The notes under the pieces were generated by a model. The model made no database searches. It saw only the letters and a program-made list of their open reading frames with translations, and was not told the origin of the DNA. A DNA stretch of 20,000 nt from Atractiella rhizophila (taxonomy: Eukaryota). The DNA lies in contig MU271185.1 in assembly GCA_021432655.1 (NCBI GenBank), positions 222,762-242,761 of the forward strand. The letters are read 5' to 3'. Made by a program: the position numbers and the translations under genes. Positions 9,729-20,000 of the stretch are shown here, in pieces; within the stretch, counting starts at the first letter, position 1; the number at the start of each line of letters is the position of its first letter.

Positions 9729-11196
9729 TTCTGTTTCCTACTCTGCCCCAATCCCAAAGCGAGAGAACTTTTCTAGCATGGATCCGCCTTCAGGAATGGC
9801 TTTGCTTTTGACGAACGAGGTCTGAGGGTTATCGCTTCTCCCCGCAAGACTGACTTTGGGTTCGAGATTGCCCTGATGGCGGACGCAAATGCAAAGGGAA
9901 GCATCCGTGAGGGGAGCTGAGTGTGTCGCTCGCCTCAACAAATGATCATGCTCAGACGTAAAACTCACTGTTTTGACGCGGTATGATCCAAGTGGCAATG
10001 TTCGAACGCAAGCCACTCCCCCTGAGATTAGGCAAATGGCTGTTCATAGCGTGTATGAAGTCCGCAGGGATGGTTTTAAGCGGCATATCAGCAGCGATTT
10101 GCCTTCCTCTCGGGTCAATAGGTTAACATCGAAAGCAAGCGCTCACAGCGGCGGTAATCCCGTGCTGGAGGAAGAGGTACATGATGACATGCCGATTATT
10201 TGGGCACTTCGATCCACTTCCATACGGACCCAAAGAGCAGAGTCGACGAAAGATACCATCGAAAGTTGTATTTCAAGGCCGGTTAATTGATCGAGGCCGC
10301 TACTAAAGGAGAACTTTTGAACAGTGGAAACAGTCACACTACTTTATTTTCAATACCTCCTTGTTGTCAATTGAATGATCATACCGCGGTCTTTCCGGTA
10401 TCTCCAACAACATATTGGATGAGTGAAGCAAGGTTCTTGCCTGAGGGTGCCTGAGATGAATCCATCTTCATTTTATGTTCAACCTGTCAGCTCCTCACGA
10501 CGGTACGGACATGTTTAGAGAGAAAAAACGGCTTTGCCCACAGGTGAAAAACGTCCGTACAGAAATTTGACTTGACTAATCCTTTCAGTCTTCTTCTTCT
10601 GAGGGGTCTTGCAAGCGAATATACGAAATATGTAGAAGTGTCATGGGATGGATACAGTTTCGATGCCTATCGAGCATCGGCCTCGGCTTTCCCCCTGGAA
10701 TCCTGCAGAAGGAATTGATCGTTATGAACCATTCTTGGTCATAAACAAATGATTCCTGGATCAAGCGAGCAAGGTTAAAAGAAATTGCAGAAGAAGACTC
10801 AAAGGGCAAGATCATAAACAGCGAGAATACGACGGCGTTAGTTCAGTTAGCCATCATGTGGTACGGGCAACTGGAAACAGTACCGTTTTATGAACATGGA
10901 AGTTGATTTGGGCTATCACAACCCAAGATTGACAACACCATATTTGAGAGGCGGACTGCATAGAAAGGTATTTCATTTGAAGAGAGGGTCTTGATGATAT
11001 CTCAATCAGATACAGAGATTCCAACACAACAATCACAATTTCTTATCCAAACACAATCACAGCAACACAATCTCAGCACTCACAAGCACAGAATGTCCGT
11101 CCACACATCCTCCTGCACCAATCCATTCCAACCAACCAGCCTCCAGATCACCTCCACCATCTGTCATCGCATGGAGCCCATTCCATTCCAAATCAC

Positions 11197-12279
11197 CTAT
11201 CCCTCAAAAGGCCAAACCTCCTCTTCGAAGAAGTCGATACTTTGCATGTCTTCTTTGCCACCACTTCCGCCTTTCGCGAACGGGATGGTGTTTCCCAAGA
11301 CCGACGCCTTGCGAGTGGACACTTTGATGGCTGCTTTGAAGGGACAGGCGCCGTGGATGAGGATGGCGAAGGGGAGTTCACTGGGGAAACGGTTCGCTGT
11401 TGCTCCGGCCGATGAGTGCGTGGTGAAGAAGAATGGGATGAGAAAGGGAGCATGTGGTGGAGGTGTACGTGGTTAAAGAGAGAGAAGGGGACCTACGTTT
11501 CCTCGATTTCACCGTCCAAGTCACTTTGTTGCTTCCTAGTCCAATCTATACATAAATGTAAATAAATATATGCTGCAGAGGTAATGAGGGCAGAAAAATT
11601 GGAGAGAAATATGTACACCATTGGTCTCGAGTGAAACTATGGTGTCTGGCTTGAAAGTGAAGAAAGCCGGGGGGATATCTTCGAGGAACTCGTCTGTCAG
11701 ACCAAGCGCCCTCAATCTACGTCACCACCAAATCCATCGTGATTTAGTTCGCCTCGATCGAACCGGGATAGGGATGAGAACTATGAGAACACGGACTGTA
11801 ACCGGTCCCGAATCTCAGATTGTCCACTAGGCTTCATATACCTTTCTCTCTCATGTCAAAATTATATCTAAGGGTGAGGGGAGGGAGAAAGAGCGTACAT
11901 GACCACCGGCTTCGAGGCCAGGTTCACGTTCTGGCTATAAAACGTGACCTCTGCATGGAGGTTCTCAAGTTGAGTTTCATGCAGGTTTTCAAGTGTAAAG
12001 GCGAGACCTAGTATTATCCTCAACACTGGCAATGAAAAAGTTCGTGGAAGTACCGCTGCAACAGCAATCGGGTGCCGACTCGGGGAAGAATTGGAATGCC
12101 TGTCAGGCGTTCGTCGTGTTGAGAAGACCGTGACGAGATCGCAGAGGGAACAAAAGGTACTTTGTAGACTCGGAGCGTGATATTGCTTTCATCTTCGTCA
12201 GCTGAGGTGGGTGTAGAGGAAGGCCTACGAACCGATACTTGTCCTTCCCTACAAAGACCTTAACGCTAGGGTCTTCCAT
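11197..12279 (-). CDS. Hypothetical protein (~200 aa, about 8 coding exons)
   Basis: Hand-spliced via GT-AG introns into one open frame: MEDPSVKVFVGKDKYRNITLRVYKAFQFFPESAPDCCCSGLAFTLENLHETQLENLHAEVTFYSQNVNLASKPVVMYMKPSGQSEIRDRLRALGLTDEFLEDIPPAFFTFKPDTIVSLETNGIGLGSNKVTWTVKSRKPNRFPSELPFAILIHGACPFKAAIKVSTRKASVLGNTIPFAKGGSGGKEDMQSIDFFEEEVWPFEG*. TAG is at 11199-11197, and there is a probable 5'UTR intron at ~12340-12281. Confidence 0.7.
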
Positions 12280-12562
12280 GCTTGTCATTTGTCAAAAGCA
12301 AGTCAGATTTCTTTCGCTAACTCAGGAAGGCTACGCGTACCTCAGGCCTGGGAATACGGGCTTCCTCGTCTAAGGGTATAATATGACTTTCAAGCCTTTA
12401 AGTTGCTACTGTCCTTGTTGACCGTACTTAGATCTTGATCTTGACTTGAGATCAACACCTCAGAAGTGTTCAGAGGTGAAGAGCTTAGGGTTAGGGCGAG
12501 TCGATCCACCAAGATCACAAACACAAAGCTTCACCTGTTTAGAAACATTTAGCAACAGCGTC
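12280..12562. promoter_or_regulatory. Compact divergent (bidirectional) promoter region containing (TTAGGG)2
   Basis: Only 283 nt separate ATG 12279 (-) and ATG 12563 (+). TTAGGGTTAGGG lies at 12485-12496. Confidence 0.5.
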
Positions 12563-15500
12563 ATGGCGATGGATATGGATGGGAAAGTGCCCGAGAGGAA
12601 GCAAAGCGTAGACAGCTCACCAGAGGGTGCGTCCCTTCTTCCCTTCTAAGCTCTGAGCGAACCGGTTGGGTTGGTGACGATGCGTTTCCAAAGTGTCTTA
12701 CGCGACTTATCAATCATCGCGTCGTCCGACCATCACCAAGACGTACGAGAGGAGAGGGAGCGCTGCTACGTCTACTGCCGCCGGAACCCCTCCTTCGCGC
12801 GCACAGTCGTTGAGCGAGAGACCAGCGAGTTCGCTGCATCAGCCGATCGACGGGAACAACTTCTTTGGACAGACTCAGCCGCGTCGCTCTTCGCCGAACC
12901 CCACTAGTTCTAATTATTTCGGAGGAATCAAGGAAGAGGGGACGCCGTACGAGCAGACTCAGCGTTTGAGAGAGGACGGGGATCGAATGGCGGTGGAATA
13001 TGTCCCAATAACTATTGCGGAGGAGTCGCCATCCTTCTCCTTTTCGCACTCACAATCACACAAATTCTCTCCTTCTCACGAAACTACCTATGCCCAAGGA
13101 TCAGGAAAGCTCAGTTCGCTTTTACTACAACAAATCGTCGTCTCTCCGCACTACGATGTGCTCGTTGATGCTTCGTCTCCATTCTGGACGACTTTCCACT
13201 TCTCCAAACCAACAAGTGATGAGCTGAAACCTGGCCAACACTTCTATTACACCCCTCAAAAGGGTGGATGGACCCTCATCTCCCCATTCATCGCCGACGG
13301 AGAACTGGAAAAAGCGGAGGTCGGTCCATGCAATAGCTCAGAGGACCCAGGACTGGAGCATCACTGGATCGAGCGAGCGCGTCCAGCCATGGAACTCCCG
13401 GAATCGGGAGCAAAGGAGTCGATCGATGCCAGGAGCTACGGGTTGAAGAGAGGGTGGTTGGGAGTGGCGATCTGTAGTGCGTGTGGAAAGAAGGTGGTGT
13501 GGTCGACTGAGGCCGGAGGTTGGAATAATGGTTTTGGGCCGTTTTTGAGACACTTTTCGAGAGCGGGAAGGGAGGTGGGGTATCAGACGCTTTGGGATGG
13601 ATGGTATAGGTTTTGGATGTGCGTTTTTTCTTCTTCTTTGAGCATGTGCAACAGGAGAGTGAGAACGAACTTGATAACGTTTGGTCTTGTGGAGTAGCAT
13701 ATTATCCGACCTTTTGTTCAAACCTGCTGTTGAGAATCGGACACTTAATTTCCAAACGTTTGCCAAACCATTGTCATGGGCTGATCCTCAGCTTTTGTGC
13801 GTCGTCCATCCCAGTCCATCCTATTTTCAAAGGTGGTTGCTGAGTGCGCGTGCACCAGGAAAGACATGATCTCTAGGCTTGGATACACAGACTGCGAAGA
13901 AGTGGAGGGGATTGAGCGTGTCAAGCTTCCAATTGTGGACGGGAGCGAGGAGGGGAAGAAGAGGAGGAGGGATCTGGTGAGGACTTGGGCGGAGGTTGGC
14001 GTTAGATTGTATTCTCTCAAGGAGGACCACAGTAAGTCTTAGTTACACAGACGGTGGGCTCGTGTTGATATGATGCGCGCAGAGGAGGAGATCATTGTCC
14101 CAGAGAACAAATTCATCCCTCTACATGTCTTTCAGGCTGTCGAGACCTTGAAGAGAGTTTTTGGGCCTATTGGTGAATCAATTTCCACTTGACGCAAGGT
14201 GGATACTAAAGATGTCGACAGTGCAACCAGTCAATATGGCTATCAATGCCCCCGCCTTCTCAAAGTACTACGAGGTCTTAGGCATTCGAGAGATCTCTAC
14301 AGAGTGCGTACCTCCTCTTAAACTATCTAGACGGTCTAAAAAGGAATAATGTGTATAGTCAGCTCAGCTCATTGAATTCGCTTACCGACGCCAACGAGCT
14401 TCGAATCGACGCAATCACGCCTATTACCTTGAAGGCAGGTGTTCCTCGTACTATTATCTCGCCATTCGTGTCCAGTTCTAACAGGGGAATGCATTAGCTC
14501 TCTCCCGAATTGGAGATGTACGTGGTTCCGAATATCTGAAGGGGATAGTGGTACAAGAACGCTCCTGCGGTCTCTACACGACGTCCGACATCGAAAAGGC
14601 TTTTCTCGACCTCACATGTCCTCTAGACGCATCGGAAGACATGATCAGCAAGAAGTTCAATGATCGATGGCATGACAATACTGATCCTGCCATACGACAC
14701 GATCTTCTTGAAGCCCTCAATATTATTGCAACGGAGAGGGAAAGTGACTTGCTCAAGAGTACTTGGGCGAGTTGTAAAGAGGGACCGCGAGAGCCGGCTA
14801 TGGATATTGAGAAAGCGAGGCTTGTGTTGGGGCATATGGATGATATGGATGACGAGATGCTGCTCGCGCTTTACGACATTCGGGTGAGTTTCCCTCCTTC
14901 GTTTATGTTCGTAGTAGTGGATGCTAAGTCATGCATCAGATTATGGACTCTCCTGGTTTGAAGGACCAGATGAAAACTGCACTGGAAGTCATTGCCAAGC
15001 AGAGGAATAGTGAGGCGTTGCTAGAGTTCGTGAAGACTGGGCAGAAACGTGCGCCGTTACTTCCAAGAATGGCTCATTAGATTCTGACTGCAGGGGTAGC
15101 TTCTCCTGGAGCTTTTGCAGCCGCAAAGGCCGCCCGTCCAGACTTTCCGGTGGGACTGGAGAACATTGCCAACACATGCTACCTCAACTCATTGCTTCAG
15201 GTAAGCTCCTTGCGGTCTTGACAACTGAGGTAACCGATGAACGGGACTAGTATTTTTTCACGATCAAAGATCTCAGAGAGATCATTTTGCAGGCTGATCA
15301 GTTTGAGGAGGATGACACCTCGTCCAAGCTCAAACGCGTAGGAGGGCGGGAGGTGACAAAACCAGAAATTGAACGATCCCGAAGATGTATGCTCTCTACG
15401 TTGTCTCACTTTCGGCTCATGAGGGAACAACAGTCATCATCTTGCTTCAGCATCTCTTCCTTACCTTACTCACCACCAAAGACGGCGCCGTTGTCCCCGA

Positions 15501-17325
15501 AATTGAGCTTGCAAAACTAGCACTCGTACCTGGCAAGGAAGAAGAACCTCATTCGAACCCGACAGAAAGTACCGAGGCAACGCTCGTAGACCATGCGGCA
15601 CCAGCTCATCTGCCCAGTCCGACGACAAGCGTCCTAGGAAAGAGAGGGAGCGAACATTTGGACGAGCGGGAGGGGATGGAGGTGGAAGGGTTGACAGTGG
15701 CGAGTCCGAAGCGGCGAAGTGTGGATGAAGATTATGACATGGTAGAGGAGGAGGAGGAGGCAACTCCTGTCCGTCGTTTCGAACCGTCCAGGCAGACGGT
15801 TGCTGTCCCAGATGAAGATAAGACTATGATTGTTGATGAGTCTGTTGAAGCATCAGCATCATCGTCAGTACAGGATGGCACCCACGAAGACGTAGGGATG
15901 GAAATAGCTCCTCCGCCTCTGCCTCCTCGTCCAGAGAACCCTCCTACAGAATTCGGACCAGCTCTACCTCCGCCAGATCCCAAATCTCAGATGTCGCTTG
16001 AGCAACAAGTTGCGTCCTACATGTCTTTCGGTATGTGTCCTACTTGGGCTTCTGGAAGTGTGTTGAAGCTTTCGCACAGGTAAACAAAACGACGTGTCAG
16101 AATGCTTGGATAACATCATGTTCCAGATCGAATCTGCATTAGACTCTGAAAAGTTAGCGAAGACGAAGGTGGGAACTGAAAACCTTGTGAAGGAGTATGT
16201 TCGCTGGCTATTTGGCGTTCCAAGTTGATAATCACTTAGTCTCTTTTACGGCCGGACCGTGCAAGAGCTTCGTTTCACAAATCCGACGAAGGACGAGGAA
16301 CCTCGAATTAAGGAAGAAGAGTTCTTTCACCTTCTTGTCGATGTAGCAGAAGAGGGCAGGGATCTGTACGACGGTCTTGATGCCTCCTTTGATGAATCCG
16401 ATGTCGAAATTGAAGGACGAACCGCCCAGCGTAGCGTCATGATCAAGGACCTACCACCCATATTACACATTCAACTCCAGGTTTGTTCGCCTCCATTGAA
16501 TCAGGTTGATGTTACTTAGAAAACGTTAGCGCGTACAATACGATCGGATTCTTAAGCGAACATACAAATCTAACGCTCATATGGCATACTCTCCTACGAT
16601 TACGATGGACCGTTATTGTACTGTCGACCCCACCAACAACCAGGCCGTCGAACGCAAAGAGCGCACGCGAACTTTACGGAAAGAGCTCGATGAGCAACGA
16701 AGTCGTCTGACCCGTATCAAGCAAGGATCCAAAGTGCGCCAAAGCCAGTTCATACTTGCTATCTACTAATGGGATGAGTAGAAGCCACCGATTACTGAGG
16801 TCATGAAGCTCGTTTACGAATCTCTTCCCAAGCGCAATAATCCCATCGAACTCGAATGCATTCCGGATGTTTCTCGCTTTCTAGAGCACCTGATGCAGGA
16901 GAAAATCTATCTCGAAAACGAGATCCAATCCACGGAGAAGCGAATAAAAGAGTTAAAGGATGAGATTGATGAGGTGTGGAAGAGTTGTCATGAAGCGGAC
17001 TACGAACTCGCCAGTGTCTTCATGCATCGAGGTCGGTCATCTGCTCAAAACCCTCAATAATCAGCTAAATGTGTCTCTAGGCGAGGCAAATTACGGTCAT
17101 TATTTTCTTCTGCAACGGACATTTTCTCCAGATAGTGAATCACCAGAGCTCTCCTCCAGATGGCTCAAGCTGAACGATTCACAAGTGACAGAGATACCCC
17201 AAAAGGACGTCTTGGAGTTTCCGGAAGGAACAGGGAGTGCAAATGCTGCCAACCCTTACTTCTTGAGCTTCGTGAGGAAAGGAAAGGAGAACTATTTCGA
17301 AAAAATCCAGAGGCAAATGGACTGA
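12563..17325 (+). CDS. UBP2: Ubiquitin carboxyl-terminal hydrolase (USP/peptidase C19), fungal Ubp2-like
   Basis: Cys box PVGLENIANTCYLNSLLQ|YFFTIKDLRE (catalytic Cys codon 15177-15179); FGKQNDVSECLDNIMFQIE; LPPILHIQLQ|RVQYDR; His box YELASVFMHRG|EANYGHYF; WLKLNDSQVTE; ANPYFLSFVRK. A Ubp2-type repeat (MDIEKARLVLG..MDDEMLLALYDIR) precedes the catalytic domain. Exon 1 12563-12626 splices in frame to 12694, there are about 15 GT-AG introns, and the stop is TGA 17323-17325. Confidence 0.93.
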
Positions 17326-18081
17326 TGTTGGTTCCATTGTCAGGGAACACAAGGGTTATCTGCAGTGATGTTACCAAGTTGTCTTTGGTGTGGCGTTTGT
17401 TAGACGACTTACTACTACTGTAGTATTAGTGGCATTTCTCGTGCTCAGCAATTGTGTATAAGTGCAATAACTACTATTCTTGCAGCCTTGATGATTATGT
17501 TACAGCCCCCCCACGATGGTCCCTCAAAAGTATATGAAGAGTGGGTGAACTTAAGATTGATTTGCTCTATTGTCTGGTTAAGAGAGGAGTGAGTTGTACC
17601 CGGACAGGTGAATTTAGCTGAGACTATTCTTTTAGCCAGATATTCAAAAATTTCTTCTTTCCTTGAATATGTATTTGGTCGACAAGAACGGACGCCTCAA
17701 CTGCCCTAACTATTTCTGCTGTCGCAGTCATCGCTTTCAGTGTGTACACGTGTGCAGGGTTAGGAGAGCTTCCTGTCACTCTTTCTCAGAAGGTAATGGA
17801 ACCGCCGGTAGAAGGTGTCGAGCTAATCGAGCAGCATAGCACGTTTAGAGGAAGGAGGGGATTGGATATTTGGGAAGGGACTGGGCTCGTTCAAAAGTGT
17901 GCACTGAGGTCGCAAAGGGACAGAATATGCTTTCTTGCAAAAAAGACTGCGTCAAGACAACAAAATCAGAAAAAAGGTTTGGTGAAATAGGATATCGAAA
18001 CAGGGGATGAGGGAATGTGACAGAAGATCCGACCGTAGGGAGAATTGTTGTGGTCGCTGATAGAACAAGGAGAGGAGGGAC

Positions 18082-18086
18082 AAAAA
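18082..18086 (-). terminator. RNA polymerase III terminator (T5) of the tRNA gene
   Basis: TTTTT on the minus strand, ~30 nt downstream of the tRNA 3' end. Confidence 0.6.
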
Positions 18087-18115
18087 GTTGATCAGGTGAA
18101 GTCCTTTCACTCTTC

Positions 18116-18194
18116 TGACAAGAGTGGGATTCGAACCCACGAACCGAAGATGAGAACTTGAGTCCCACGCCTTTGACCGCTTGGCTATCTTGCC
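18116..18194 (-). tRNA. tRNA-Leu (anticodon CAA), intronless
   Basis: Minus strand reads GGCAAGA-TA-GCCAAGCGGTCAAAGGC-G-TGGGA-CTCAAGT-TCTCA-TCTTCGGTTC-GTGGG-TTCGAAT-CCCAC-TCTTGTC-A. Acceptor, D, anticodon and T stems pair; discriminator A and G37 are present. Confidence 0.93.
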
Positions 18195-18428
18195 ACCTGA
18201 CAATGGAACCGCTTGGCGGTTTCTATTTATTTATTAACAGAGGAAACCCATTGCAGTGAAACACATCGTGCTTGAGAAAGATTGCTGGCCTTATTTTCTT
18301 GTCGATCACAGACTCGACTGGCCACTCGAAGAGCTTAAAAGATCCCCTTTTCGGGTTTTTCCATCGCTCCCAAACTTATCCCCATTGAAGAGTTACTTAC
18401 TTGCGCTTCTTACTACGTACCACCTCTC

Positions 18429-19275
18429 TTGAATCTTTTTGCTAGCATGGATTCGTCTTTTATAAAGAAGAGTGAGTGGTGTCCGTCGTTCCTCTACGTC
18501 GCCAATGCTAAGCGTTCCCACAGTGGGACCATTCACATCCGTTCGTCGAGCGATCTGAAGGAGCGTGTACTGCCAAATTTCAGATTCCTGTACCCACAAA
18601 ATGGTGAATACGAACTGCTTCATGTCTTTAATTCCCCCTTCGTCACCAATCTAATGTCACCGCCAAACTCCCAAGAGAGGAGAAGACTTACGAGGCTAAT
18701 CTTCAAAGTGTCTATCCCTCCTGATTATTCCTACTTCATTAATCATTTTGGTCGCCCACATGATGTCCATGAAGCTTTCATTGAAGCTTGGGAAGTCGGT
18801 GATTGGTGAAGGAGGGATGCAGTGGTTAACTTTTGAACAATGGTCGCAGCCTCCTGACTGAATGACAGGGATAACATATCATTGATGGGACAAAGCGCCG
18901 ATCGACTCAGGAGGCAACGGCGACAAGGACGAAGATTGTTTCAGAACGATATTCTGGATGGAGACGAAACGTTTGATTAATGTTGCCATTGCAGGCTTTC
19001 GTTCACTCCAAGGTTGTTGTGACCTTTCCAAGGTGGACAGGGAATCAAAGATTCGCTACACCGTTTTTCGCAGCTTTTTCAAGATATGCAATCGAGAAAT
19101 AGGACAATTTCAAGCGCACATGTGGAAGTTTGAACATGGATAATGACGGTACAATGACCGTGATCTTGAGGGTGCGAATAAGAAAGAGGGAAGAATGGAG
19201 AGGCGGAGCGAGTTCTCATATTCCCAGGCTGCTGGGGTGATGAAATTGACAAGGGCAGGCGGGCGTACTTCATGA
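18429..19275 (+). pseudogene. Possible degenerate hypothetical gene
   Basis: Protein-like segments (GTIHIRSSSDLKERVLPNFRFLYPQNGEYELLHVF...; CFRTIFWMETKRLINVAIAGF...) and a clear intron-like GTGAGT...GCTAAG...CAG (18472-18523), but no stop-free spliced model could be built. Confidence 0.3.
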
Positions 19276-19444
19276 AAATCCTCCGGTACGGGTTGTTGAA
19301 TCATTCCAAGTTCTTCATTACTATCACCTTTAACTTCATGTTCACTGGAATTTAGAAATAGAAATTCCTACCCTATTGTAATCAAGTCCGAAACTTGTGG
19401 TATCCTATAAGCAAAAACAAATCTTATAACAAAATAAAGAAAAG

Positions 19445-20000
19445 ACCTCACCGGGTATTGACTGCCGGCGACTGCCACGTGATATCCCGCGAACTGCTAC
19501 CCCCCAGCAGCTCTGCAGTCCCATTACCATGTCTGCCTTTCGCCCTATAGCGCCTTCGATCTCACGAATATCGCAACTCGAGTCCTTGCTATACGACAAA
19601 GAAATCGAGGTCATCCTTCGAGAGCCAGTGTGGAATGCCCTCGCCTTGGTTAAAGTGCGTCTTCTTCCATTGTTCGTTTTCGCAATTGCTTATTGAAACT
19701 ATGGGCAGAATTCGTTCAAAACCAACTTTGAACCAGAACTTACACTCCTCCTCCGTCTTGTCGTGCTATACACCGCTTTGTTATCTAAGCAGAGAGGAAC
19801 GTATGGTCAGCAACTTGGCAATTTGCGTTATGTGAACGCGGCTTCCATGTCTTCTCATACCTTCTCTATCCGTGCGTCCCTTCTCTCTTTTGTCCCGAAA
19901 AACATCCAACATGAATGCCTATGTGAACAGTTGACGCCACCCCGTCGCGTTCGAAGCTCCACTCGCTGGTCCTCCTTTCCACTCTACCCTCCTACCTCTA
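19445..20000 (-). pseudogene. Possible 3' portion of a degenerate gene extending beyond the window
   Basis: Intron-like GTATGA...CTGAC...TAG (19860-19785) and GTAAGT...TAG (19743-19699) flank short protein-like segments, but most frames tried contain stops. Confidence 0.25.

Noticed and set aside
6300..9830. CRISPR-like or other prokaryotic repeat/defence system
   Set aside because: The repeats are gene duplications with spliceosomal introns; the window is eukaryotic and has no repeat-spacer array or operon structure.
9973..11036. ORFs 9973-10290 (+), 10585-10815 (-) and 10854-11036 (-)
   Set aside because: No coherent spliced model or recognisable motif could be built.
10991..11476. 161 aa plus-strand ORF and ACACAATC-like repeats at ~11020-11090
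   Set aside because: Antisense to the last exon and TG-rich 3'UTR of the minus-strand gene; low complexity.
11935..11942. TATAAAA on the plus strand
   Set aside because: Falls inside a coding exon of the minus-strand gene (TTT TAT AGC = F-Y-S).
17845..18203. Minus-strand ORFs overlapping the tRNA
   Set aside because: Spurious translations through the tRNA-Leu gene and its pyrimidine-rich flank.

Overview
Eukaryotic, intron-rich fungal DNA. It is most likely from a basidiomycete, inferred from the many ~45-60 nt GT-AG introns with GTGAGT/GTGCGT/GTACGT donors and a basidiomycete-type small thaumatin-like gene. Left to right: (i) ~3.6 kb of degenerate, coding-like but stop-riddled sequence with a strong TpA excess (RIP-like CpA->TpA signature); (ii) an Arg/Ser/Pro-rich minus-strand ORF that ends exactly at the edge of that block; (iii) a minus-strand hypothetical gene with two apparent premature stops; (iv) a tandem pair of 6-exon small secreted thaumatin-like genes, where copy A has a TGG->TAA nonsense codon and copy B has an internal ~315 bp duplication whose coding differences are all synonymous; (v) a multi-exon ~200 aa hypothetical gene head-to-head with (vi) a ~15-intron UBP2-type ubiquitin-specific protease; (vii) an intronless tRNA-Leu(CAA) with a short variable arm; (viii) poorly resolved gene remnants at the right end. 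All gene models and dinucleotide counts were made by hand from the sequence, and no database search was run.
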